Assembly: GCA_016235455.1 (NCBI GenBank)
Contig: JACRKZ010000172.1
Coordinates: 1-44,483, forward strand
Direction of reading: 5' to 3'
Length of the DNA stretch: 44,483 nucleotides
From: Armatimonadota bacterium
GTDB lineage: Bacteria; Armatimonadota; UBA10988
Shown here: positions 18,349 to 26,546 of the stretch, in pieces
How positions within the stretch are numbered: the stretch's first letter is position 1
Layout of the letters: every line of letters starts with the position of its first letter
Made by a program: the position numbers and the translations under genes
Notes under the pieces: generated by a model
What the model saw: only the letters and a program-made list of their open reading frames with translations
Told to the model about the DNA's origin: nothing
Databases searched by the model: none

Positions 18349-20052
18349 TCAGGGCTCGACGCGAGCCCCTGGAAAGACGCCCAGCGCAACGCGCGCGGCG
18401 TGGTCGAGGCTGTCCACCGTGCGTCGCTCACCGCCGCGCGGCGGCTGCGGTGGCGAGGAGTTGAGCTCGCCGCGGAACAGCACCTCGCGGCCGAGTACTT
18501 CGCCCAGTACTTCCTCAATGCGCTTCTTGTTGCCGTCCATGGTGCAGACGGCCAGGCTCTGCTCCCAGCCGCCGAAACCGAGTACCACCGTGCCGTGCTC
18601 GACGCGCTCCAGCGTGGCCCGCACCAAGTGCGCCACCAGCGGTGTGAAGCGATCTCGCACGCGTTCCATGAACCGCGGGAACCGCTCCGCCACGGCGTCA
18701 TAGTCGAGCTCGTCGCTCGCGCCCAGCGGCTGCGCGGGGCGCGGCGCGGGCTGCACATCTTCCTCGGGCTCGCCCGGCGGCTCCGGCTCGTCGCGGTCGT
18801 CGACCGGCTCCGGCTCGGGTGCCGGCTCGGGCCTCGGGCGCGGCGGCGGTGCCGCCGCCCGCTCGGGCTCAGGTCGCGGCTCATGTCGTGGCGCGGCCGG
18901 CCGTGGCGGCGGCGCCGACTCGGCGCTGCGCGCCGGCTCGGCCACCGGGACCGGCGCCTGCGGCGTGATGCCCAGCACCAGTTCCAGCAGCGTGACTTCC
19001 AGCAGGATGCGCGGCTGCCCATGCCAGCGCAGCGCCTTGTCGGCGGCGGCAAAGCCTTCGACGATGGCCATCAAGCGGGGCGGATCGTAGGCGTTTGCCT
19101 GCCGCTCCAGGCGCGTGCGCACATCGGCGGGCAGCGCGCTCAGGCTCTCGGGCGAGCAGCCCAGACGGGCCAGCAGCAGCAGCCGGAAGTGAGCCTGCGC
19201 CTCGTCGACGATGAGTCGCGGGTCGCGCCCGGCGTCGAGCAGTGTGTTCAGCCAGGCCAGCGCGCCACCGGCATCGCGCGCGGCCAACACCTCGCCCAAT
19301 GCGAACCGGGTGTCGGCATCGAGCGTGCCCAGCACGGTCTCGACATGGGCGGCGGTGATGGACTCGCCCGCGTAGGCCACAATCTGGTCCAGCAGGCTCA
19401 GGGCATCGCGGAGGCTGCCGTCGGCGGCCCGGGCGATGGCGTAGAGCGCTGCCTGTTCGGCGTCGAACGACTCCTCGGCGACAACTTCCTTGAGCCGCTT
19501 GACGATGTCCTCAATGCCGACTCGCCGGAAGTCGAGTCGCTGGCAGCGGCTGAGGATCGTGGCGGGGATCTTGTGCGCCTCGGTGGTCGCCAGCACGAAC
19601 ACGGCGTGCGCGGGCGGCTCCTCGAGGGTCTTGAGGAAGGCCTCGAAACCTTCCTTGGTGATCTGGTGCACCTCGTCGAGGATGTAGACCTTGCTTCGCC
19701 CGTCGGTGGGCGCAAACTGCACATCCTCACGCAGGCTGCGGATGTCTTCGATCTTGCGGTTGCTGGCCGCGTCGATCTCGATCACCGAAAGGCTGGAGCC
19801 GGCCGTGATGCGGCGGCAGCTGTCGCACTCGCCGCACGGCGTGGGGGTGGGGCCGTTGACGCAGTTGAGCGCCTTGGCGAGGATGCGCGCGACGGTGGTC
19901 TTGCCCACGCCACGCGGACCCGTGAAGAGGTAGGCCTGTCCGCACCGGCCGATGCGAATGGCGTTCTGAAGCGTGCGTGTGACGTGGTCCTGGCCGTGTA
20001 CCTCGTCGAAACGCTGTGGTCGATACTGGCGGAAAAGGCAGACGTGCGCCAT
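18349..20052 (-). CDS. dnaX: DNA polymerase III subunit gamma/tau
   Basis: YRP, GPRGVGKTT, zinc CxxCxxC, EIDAASN, DEVH, LKTLEEPP, SRC, GSLRDA; Pro-rich linker. Confidence 0.97.
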   Translation of the reverse strand: MAHVCLFRQYRPQRFDEVHGQDHVTRTLQNAIRIGRCGQAYLFTGPRGVGKTTVARILAKALNCVNGPTPTPCGECDSCRRITAGSSLSVIEIDAASNRKIEDIRSLREDVQFAPTDGRSKVYILDEVHQITKEGFEAFLKTLEEPPAHAVFVLATTEAHKIPATILSRCQRLDFRRVGIEDIVKRLKEVVAEESFDAEQAALYAIARAADGSLRDALSLLDQIVAYAGESITAAHVETVLGTLDADTRFALGEVLAARDAGGALAWLNTLLDAGRDPRLIVDEAQAHFRLLLLARLGCSPESLSALPADVRTRLERQANAYDPPRLMAIVEGFAAADKALRWHGQPRILLEVTLLELVLGITPQAPVPVAEPARSAESAPPPRPAAPRHEPRPEPERAAAPPPRPRPEPAPEPEPVDDRDEPEPPGEPEEDVQPAPRPAQPLGASDELDYDAVAERFPRFMERVRDRFTPLVAHLVRATLERVEHGTVVLGFGGWEQSLAVCTMDGNKKRIEEVLGEVLGREVLFRGELNSSPPQPPRGGERRTVDSLDHAARVALGVFPGARVEP

Positions 20053-20148
20053 GGTCACCTGACGCGGCTATTGTGCCAGTGGCAAGGAAACGACGCAACC
20101 AGAACGACTCCGGCGCGCGGTCAAAACGCGGCGCGCCGGGTTGAAGAA

Positions 20149-20418
<270 letters not shown>

Positions 20419-20419
20419 C

Positions 20420-20510
20420 TGGCGGAGGAGGGGGGATTCGAACCCCCGGTGGGATTTCTCCCACACGCGATTTCCAATCGCGCTCCTTAAACCAGCTCGG
20501 TCACTCCTCC
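20420..20510 (-). tRNA. tRNA-Ser(GGA), CCA encoded
   Basis: Anticodon arm CGCGA-TTGGAAA-TCGCG, long variable arm, GGTTCGAATCC. Confidence 0.96.
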
Positions 20511-20538
20511 ACAACACTGGCCCATCAGACCAGTGTCA

Positions 20539-20610
20539 TACCCCCGGCCAGAATTGAACTGGCGCCTCAGGTTCCGGAGACCTGCGCTCTATCCACTGAG
20601 CTACGGGGGC
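20539..20610 (-). tRNA. tRNA-Arg(CCG)
   Basis: GCCCCCGTAGCTCAGTGGATAGAGC; anticodon arm CAGGT-CTCCGGA-ACCTG; T-loop TTCAATT; no encoded CCA. Confidence 0.93.
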
Positions 20611-20730
20611 AATCGGTCGCGCCGCTCACCACGGCGCAGGGCAAGATGGCCGAGCCCGGCGGCTCGATCCTGCCCGGTGAATGCCCGCGGGGGCATTCAC
20701 CCAAAGCCAATCGCGTGGCGATTGGCTCAG

Positions 20731-20817
20731 CGGAGGAGGTGGGAGTCGAACCCACGGTGCGGGGAACCGCACACCGCTTTTCGAGAGCGGCACCATAAAC
20801 CACTCGGACACTCCTCC
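20731..20817 (-). tRNA. tRNA-Ser(CGA)
   Basis: Anticodon arm CCGCT-CTCGAAA-AGCGG; long variable arm; no encoded CCA. Confidence 0.95.
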
Positions 20818-20846
20818 AGGGAGTTGACATCAAACTGTCAAGGGCT

Positions 20847-20918
20847 TGCCCCCACCGGGAATCGAACCCAGATCTACCGCTTAGGAGGCGGCCGCTCTAT
20901 CCATTGAGCTACAGGGGC
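20847..20918 (-). tRNA. tRNA-Arg(CCT)
   Basis: GCCCCTGTAGCTCAATGGATAGAGC; anticodon arm GCCGC-CTCCTAA-GCGGT; no encoded CCA. Confidence 0.95.
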
Positions 20919-20925
20919 CTAGCCA

Positions 20926-21013
20926 CGGAGAGGGCGGGATTCGAACCCGCGGCAGGCTTTTGACCTGCATCCGCTTAGCAGGCGGACGCCTTCAGCCACT
21001 CGGCCACCTCTCC
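20926..21013 (-). tRNA. tRNA-Ser(GCT)
   Basis: Anticodon arm TCCGC-CTGCTAA-GCGGA; long variable arm; no encoded CCA. Confidence 0.96.
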
Positions 21014-21027
21014 AAGGTACCGGCACC

Positions 21028-21056
21028 ACTATAGCGTAAGAGCCGTTCGGCGACAA
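21028..21056 (-). promoter_or_regulatory. Sigma70-type promoter of the tRNA/SRP cluster
   Basis: TTGTCG-N17-TATAGT, 14 nt upstream of tRNA-Ser(GCT). Confidence 0.75.
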
Positions 21057-21266
21057 GGGGGTAGCGCGCATCACGCGCGCCGCGCAGCGCGCGTGACCTC
21101 GCGACGGCGGACCTGGGTCCGGCGCACGGTGGGCCTGAGCCTGCGTCCACTGTCCAACGTCCCACGTCCTGGCGACAAATGCCGTCTACCCCCTTGTCTC
21201 ATTGGCCGCCAGGAGGCACTCTAGGGGACAGCACACCTACAGATACCGAGGTCGATTGAGGTCGGG

Positions 21267-21638
21267 ATGCACGCAAGCTACGCGACGGTCGGCGTTTTTC
21301 TTTTGCTGGGCCTTGCCTTCGTGGGCGGGACCTTTGCCGCAAGTTGGTTGTTGCGGCCCCACCATCCACATCGCGAGAAGCTAGCCACGTATGAATGCGG
21401 CGAGCGGCCCCTGGGCAATGCCTGGGTGCAGTTCCGCGTCGTGTTCTACCTCTTCGCGCTGGTCTTTGTGGTGTTCGATGTCGAGGTCGTCTTCCTGGTG
21501 CCCTGGGCTCTGGTCTTCCGTGACGTGACGAAGGCCGGCATGGGGTGGTTCGCGCTGGGCGAGATGGTGGTCTTCCTGGCGATCCTGATGGCCGGCTGGT
21601 GGTTCGCTTACCGCCGCGGCTGCTTCGATTGGGAGTGA
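21267..21638 (+). CDS. nuoA: NADH-quinone oxidoreductase subunit A
   Basis: TYECG, FVVFDVEVVFL.PWA, three TMs. Confidence 0.95.
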   Translation: MHASYATVGVFLLLGLAFVGGTFAASWLLRPHHPHREKLATYECGERPLGNAWVQFRVVFYLFALVFVVFDVEVVFLVPWALVFRDVTKAGMGWFALGEMVVFLAILMAGWWFAYRRGCFDWE

Positions 21639-21642
21639 TCGG

Positions 21643-23325
21643 GTGAGCGAAACCCCCACCGAGCAGGTGCAGAGTCCGAGTGCCGCAGTGGCCCAACTCG
21701 ACGCGAGCCTGCGCGCGGCCTGCCCTGACGATGTGCTCGAGCTGAGCAGTCTGGGCGACTCGCCGGCCTGGACCATCGTGCCCGCGGCCATTGCCCGTGT
21801 CGGCGCGCGCCTGCGCCAGGCGGGCTACGATCACCTCGAGCTGGTCAGCACCGTCGACCGCGGCGAGCAGATCGAGATCGTCTACCTGCTCGACAGCATG
21901 CTGCATCGCACCGATCCGCGGCGGCTGGCGCTACGCTGCGTGGTGCCCCGCGAGGCAGCCTCACTACCCACTCTGTGTGGCGTGTGGCGGGCGGCCGACT
22001 GGTTCGAGCGCGAGGCCTTCGACCTGATGGGCGTGACCTTCACCGGCCACCCCGATCCCCGCCGCATTCTGCTGCCCGACCAGTGGCAAGGCCATCCGCT
22101 GCGCAAGGACTACGAGTACGACAGCGACACCATGGTGCAGGAGATCCTCGACGCCGAGCTGAACAACGACGACCTGGCCGGCACCGATGGGCACGCCGAG
22201 CACGACGGCATGGTCACCGAGGACCTGGCGGTGAACATGGGTCCTCAGCACCCGTCGACGCACGGCGTGTTGCGGCTGCGACTGCGCCTCGACGGCGAGT
22301 ATGTGCGCGAGTGCGATCCCGACATCGGCTTTCTGCACCGCGCGTTTGAGAAGCTCGGCGAACTCAAGACCTTTACCAACGGCATCCCGCTGACCGACCG
22401 CTGGGACTACCTCAACGCCATGGGCAACAACATGGTGCACTGCCAGGCGGTCGAGGCGGCCATGAGCCTCGAAGTGCCCGAACGCGTCCACTGGACGCGC
22501 ATGTTGGTGCTCGAACTCAACCGCGTGGCCTCGCACCTGGTGTTCATCGGCACCTACGGGCTCGACCTGGGCGCCGGCACGCCGTTCCTGTTCACCTTCC
22601 GCGACCGCGAGCGCATCCTCGACATGTTCGAGTTGCTGTGCGGCGCGCGGCTGACCTACAACTACCTGCGCATCGGCGGCGTGGCGGCCGATCTGCCGCG
22701 CAACTTCATCGCCGACCGCGTGCGTCCGTTCCTGGCCTATCTGCCCGACCGCCTGGCCGAGATCGACCAGTTGCTGACCGGCAACCAGATCTTCCTCGAA
22801 CGCACCAAGGGCGTGGGCATCTGGCCCGCCGAGCTATGCGTGAGCTACGGCCTGACCGGCCCGCTGCTGCGCGCGTCGGGCGTGGCGCGCGATGTGCGGC
22901 GCGTCTATCCCTACGCGCGTTACGACCAGTGCGAGTTCGACATCCCCGTCGGCGAGAACGGCGACTGCTACGACCGCTACATTGTGCGGGTGGCCGAGAT
23001 CCGGCAGAGCCTGCGTCTGCTGGACCAGATCTGCGCCTGGTTCGAGGCCAACGAGGAGACCACCCGCGGGCAGATCAGCGCCAAGGTGCCGCGCGTCATC
23101 AAGCCGCCGGCGGGCGAGGTCTACACCTGCGTCGAGACGCCGCGCGGCGAACTCGGGCTGCACCTGGTGTGCGACGGCGGCGAGAACCCGTACCGCTACA
23201 AGATCCGGCGGCCGTCGTTTGTGAATCTGGGCCTGTTCGGCGAGGTGGCGCGCGACCAGAAGGTGGCCGACCTGATCGCCATCCTGGGCACGACGGACAT
23301 CGTCATGGGCGAGGTGGACGGCTGA
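21643..23325 (+). CDS. nuoCD: Fused NADH-quinone oxidoreductase subunits C and D
   Basis: NuoC motif WFEREAFDLMGV.F.GHPDPRRILLP...GHPLRKDY fused to NuoD motifs NMGPQHPSTHGVLR, GFLHRAFEK, ETPRGE, DIVMGEVD. Confidence 0.95.
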   Translation: MSETPTEQVQSPSAAVAQLDASLRAACPDDVLELSSLGDSPAWTIVPAAIARVGARLRQAGYDHLELVSTVDRGEQIEIVYLLDSMLHRTDPRRLALRCVVPREAASLPTLCGVWRAADWFEREAFDLMGVTFTGHPDPRRILLPDQWQGHPLRKDYEYDSDTMVQEILDAELNNDDLAGTDGHAEHDGMVTEDLAVNMGPQHPSTHGVLRLRLRLDGEYVRECDPDIGFLHRAFEKLGELKTFTNGIPLTDRWDYLNAMGNNMVHCQAVEAAMSLEVPERVHWTRMLVLELNRVASHLVFIGTYGLDLGAGTPFLFTFRDRERILDMFELLCGARLTYNYLRIGGVAADLPRNFIADRVRPFLAYLPDRLAEIDQLLTGNQIFLERTKGVGIWPAELCVSYGLTGPLLRASGVARDVRRVYPYARYDQCEFDIPVGENGDCYDRYIVRVAEIRQSLRLLDQICAWFEANEETTRGQISAKVPRVIKPPAGEVYTCVETPRGELGLHLVCDGGENPYRYKIRRPSFVNLGLFGEVARDQKVADLIAILGTTDIVMGEVDG

Positions 23326-23326
23326 T

Positions 23327-24613
23327 ATGGCGACACTGCAACCCGAGTTGAAAGCGAATGGCCGCATCAGCTTCGGCTCGCTGCTGGGTCTGGCCGTGGG
23401 GCTGCTGGTGCTGGTCGCGGCGGTCGGTTTCGGTCTACACGTCCTGCAGGCTATCCCGAGCAGCGAGTGGTGGCGCCAAGGGCCCAGCCTGACCAACCTC
23501 GTGAGGCTCTACCTGGTGGAGTGGCCCGCGTCCTGGCACGGCGGCGACTGGGGCGTGTGGAACTTCCTGCGGCCGGGCCGCGGAGCGGTGCCGGTGATCA
23601 CCGCGATCCTGTCGTGGACCATTGTCATCTTCGGCTTCATGCTGCCCATGGTGACCTACCAGATCTACGCGCTGCGCAAGATCCTGGGCTTCATGCAGGC
23701 GCGCGTCGGCCCCACCCAGGTCGGTCCGCTGGGCCTGCTGCAAACGCCGTGCGACGTGCTCAAGCTGCTGACCAAAGAGGACGTCATCCCGACCAAGGCC
23801 GACCGCTGGGTGTTCTTCGCCGCGCCGTTCATGGTGCTGGTGCCGGCCTCGATGGCCTATCTGGTCATCCCGTTTGGCAACCAGAAGATCGTCGACGGCG
23901 CCGTGCGCTACAGCCTGGTCTGCGGCGACCTCAACATCGGCGTGCTGTACCTGTCGGCCATCAGTTCGGTGGCGGTGATCGGCATCATCTCGGCGGGCTG
24001 GGCCAGCAACAACAAGTACTCGCTGCTGGGCGCCATGCGCAGCGCGGCGCAGTTGGTCACCTACGAAGTGCCACTGAGCCTGGCGCTGCTGGCACCGGTG
24101 GTGTGGGCCGGCACGCTGAACCTGTCGCAGTTCGCCGCCGACCAGGGCTCGGTCTGGGGCTGGTACTGCTGGCCGAACTTGTTGACGATTCCCATCTTCG
24201 TGGTGTCCGCCCTGGCCGAGTTGGGCCACACGCCGTTCGACCTGGCCGAGGCCGAGTCCGAGTTGGTGGCGGGCTACAACGTCGAGTACTCGGGCATGAA
24301 GTTCGCCATGTTCTTCCTGGCTGAGTTCTCCAATGCCTTCATCCTCTCCGCAGTGGCGGTGACGCTGCTGTTCGGCGGCTGGCAGTCGCCGTTCCCCGAG
24401 AGCTGGGGGCCGCTGGGCTGGGATGCGGGCATCTTCGGCATGTTCTGGTTCTTCGCCAAGACCCTGGCCATGATCTTCGGTCTGTTCTGGGTGCGCGCCA
24501 CGCTGCCGCGCATGCGGATCGACCAACTCATGGGCCTGGGCTGGAAGTTCATGATCCCGCTGGGGCTGGCCAATCTGCTGTTGGTGGCGGTCCTGCGGGT
24601 GTTGGTGGGGTAG
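23327..24613 (+). CDS. nuoH: NADH-quinone oxidoreductase subunit H
   Basis: MQARVGP, D.LKLL.KE, GWASNNKYSLLG, PFDLAEAESELVAGYNVEYSG, RATLPRMRIDQ. Confidence 0.95.
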   Translation: MATLQPELKANGRISFGSLLGLAVGLLVLVAAVGFGLHVLQAIPSSEWWRQGPSLTNLVRLYLVEWPASWHGGDWGVWNFLRPGRGAVPVITAILSWTIVIFGFMLPMVTYQIYALRKILGFMQARVGPTQVGPLGLLQTPCDVLKLLTKEDVIPTKADRWVFFAAPFMVLVPASMAYLVIPFGNQKIVDGAVRYSLVCGDLNIGVLYLSAISSVAVIGIISAGWASNNKYSLLGAMRSAAQLVTYEVPLSLALLAPVVWAGTLNLSQFAADQGSVWGWYCWPNLLTIPIFVVSALAELGHTPFDLAEAESELVAGYNVEYSGMKFAMFFLAEFSNAFILSAVAVTLLFGGWQSPFPESWGPLGWDAGIFGMFWFFAKTLAMIFGLFWVRATLPRMRIDQLMGLGWKFMIPLGLANLLLVAVLRVLVG

Positions 24614-24624
24614 AGGGTCGGCCC

Positions 24625-25584
24625 ATGGCTTCTTTCTGGGATAGGCTGACGAATACGCCGCGAAGCATCGCTAAAGGCCTGCGCGTGACGCTGGCGGCGC
24701 TGCGACGCACCAAGGCGACGGTCCGCTACCCCGAGCAACTCCCCACGCCGTCCGGTCGGAGCGAGGGCACCACCGATCCCAACGACGCCTTTGCCCGGCC
24801 CTATGAGATTGCCCCGCGGTACCGTGGCCTGCACGGTCTGACACGCAATCCCGAGACCGGCGATGTCAACTGCATCGGCTGCATGGCCTGCTCCAACGTC
24901 TGTCCCGACCACCTCATCTCCATGGACCTGGAGAAGCGCGACGGTCATAGCGGACGGTATCCGGTCAGCTTCACGGTCAACATCGGCCCGTGCTGCTTCT
25001 GCGGTCTGTGCAGCGAGGTCTGCCCCACGCCGTTCCGCGCCATCGTCATGACCGACCTCTACGAGTGGGCCAGCTATGAGCGCTTCGGCACGAACCTGGC
25101 GCTGACCAAGGAAGACCTGCTGCGCAACGGCGACTACGAGGTGGCGCGCCGCGCCGCGGGCCGCACCTTCACCGACGACGGCGATATCGCCAGCATCCTC
25201 CCCGAGGAGGAAGGCAACCCTTACTTCCAGTTCGCGGCCGAATCCGGCAAGGGCAAGAAGAAGCCCGCCGCCGAGGCCAAGCCAGCGGTGGCCAAGCCGG
25301 CCGAGGCGACGCCGGCAGCAGAGCGCGTTGATGTGGCCAGTGCCGCCGTGGCTCAAGCAGAGCCGCCCAAGGCGGCCGAGCCCGCGCCGGCCAAGGTCGA
25401 ACTGGGGCCGGAGGAGCTACGCGCACGGCTGGTCGAGCTGTTGGCCAGTGGGGGCGTGGCGGTGCCGGAACCGCCCGAGGACGTGACCCTCGAGGCGCTC
25501 GAGGCCATTGAGGACCGCAAGCAGCGCAGCCTGGCCAAGGTGGCGCGGCGGCGGCTGCGAGCAGCGTTGGGGTTGGGCGAATGA
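24625..25584 (+). CDS. nuoI: NADH-quinone oxidoreductase subunit I with long C-terminal extension
   Basis: T.RYPE, RYRG.H, CIGCMACSNVCP and CCFCGLCSEVCP; 319 aa. Confidence 0.9.
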   Translation: MASFWDRLTNTPRSIAKGLRVTLAALRRTKATVRYPEQLPTPSGRSEGTTDPNDAFARPYEIAPRYRGLHGLTRNPETGDVNCIGCMACSNVCPDHLISMDLEKRDGHSGRYPVSFTVNIGPCCFCGLCSEVCPTPFRAIVMTDLYEWASYERFGTNLALTKEDLLRNGDYEVARRAAGRTFTDDGDIASILPEEEGNPYFQFAAESGKGKKKPAAEAKPAVAKPAEATPAAERVDVASAAVAQAEPPKAAEPAPAKVELGPEELRARLVELLASGGVAVPEPPEDVTLEALEAIEDRKQRSLAKVARRRLRAALGLGE

Positions 25585-25606
25585 GCCAACGAAAGGGCGA
25601 GCGCTG

Positions 25607-26179
25607 ATGGCGGGTCACGGACCGGGACCGGTGTTCTGGCTGCTGGCGGCGGTTTTGATTGCCAGCGCGCTGGGCGTGGTCACGCTGCGCAACATGGTGC
25701 ACTCGGCGCTGTGTCTGGCGGTGACGCTGCTCATGGCTGGCGGGCTCTACCTCAACATGGGGGCCGACCTGCTGGCCGGTTTCCAGGTGCTCATCTACGT
25801 GGGTGCCGTGGTCACGCTGGTGCTGGTGGCGATCATGCTCATCGCCAAGATCGCCGACCGCGACCTGTCGCAGACACAAGCGCGCGGCGGCTGGGCCGCG
25901 GCGGTGTCCATCATCGTCTGGCTGCTGCTGAGTTGGGTTCTGGCGCACGGCACCTGGACGCCCAACGCCGCGCTCACCGAGGGTGGGGCCGACGCCGCGC
26001 GGCAAGCCAAGGCGCTGTCGTTGGCGCTGCTCGACCCGTACCTGCTGCCGTTCGAAGTGGCCAGCCTGTTGCTGCTCGTGGCGCTCATGGGCGCCGTGGT
26101 GCTGGCGCAGCACACCGCCCTGGCCGAGCGCAGCGATATCAAGGCGGCGCTGAAAGAGGGAGAGCAACGCGATGCCTAG
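25607..26179 (+). CDS. nuoJ: NADH-quinone oxidoreductase subunit J
   Basis: QVLIYVGAV, PFEVASLLLLVALMGAV. Confidence 0.94.
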   Translation: MAGHGPGPVFWLLAAVLIASALGVVTLRNMVHSALCLAVTLLMAGGLYLNMGADLLAGFQVLIYVGAVVTLVLVAIMLIAKIADRDLSQTQARGGWAAAVSIIVWLLLSWVLAHGTWTPNAALTEGGADAARQAKALSLALLDPYLLPFEVASLLLLVALMGAVVLAQHTALAERSDIKAALKEGEQRDA

Positions 26180-26531
26180 CGGAGCCGAACCCTATCTGTT
26201 CCTGTCGGCGGCGCTGTTCGCTATCGGCCTCTATGGCGTGTTCACGCGCAAGAACGCCGTGGGCGTGCTGATGAGCCTGGAACTGCTGCTCAACGCGGTG
26301 AACATCAACCTGGTGGCCTTCTCGCGCACGGTGGACCGTGGCGTGGATCTGGTCCGCCTGGGCGGCACCGAGGTGGGCGGCGTAGCGCTGGGCGTCAGTG
26401 GCCAGGTGTTGGCCATCATGGTCATCAGCGTGGCCGCGGCCGAGGCGGCGGTGGGCCTGGCCATCGTCATCAGCATCTATCGCACGTTCCGGCACATCAC
26501 GGTGGACGATCTGGACCTGCTGCGCTGGTAA
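26172..26531 (+). CDS. nuoK: NADH-quinone oxidoreductase subunit K
   Basis: MSLELLLNAV, AAAEAAVGLAI, C-terminal LRW. Confidence 0.95.
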   Translation: MPSGAEPYLFLSAALFAIGLYGVFTRKNAVGVLMSLELLLNAVNINLVAFSRTVDRGVDLVRLGGTEVGGVALGVSGQVLAIMVISVAAAEAAVGLAIVISIYRTFRHITVDDLDLLRW

Positions 26532-26546
26532 GGAGACACGGCCGAC

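Noticed and set aside
20824-20841. TTGACA on both strands between tRNAs as a -35 element
   Set aside because: No correctly spaced -10 toward the tRNAs; better read as a small spacer hairpin
20420-21013. tRNA cluster as an island integration site
   Set aside because: No integrase or duplicated tRNA 3' end seen; flanks are core genes
21071-21096. 10-bp inverted repeat between the divergent tRNA and nuo units
   Set aside because: Mostly CG dinucleotides; cannot separate from chance in high-GC DNA
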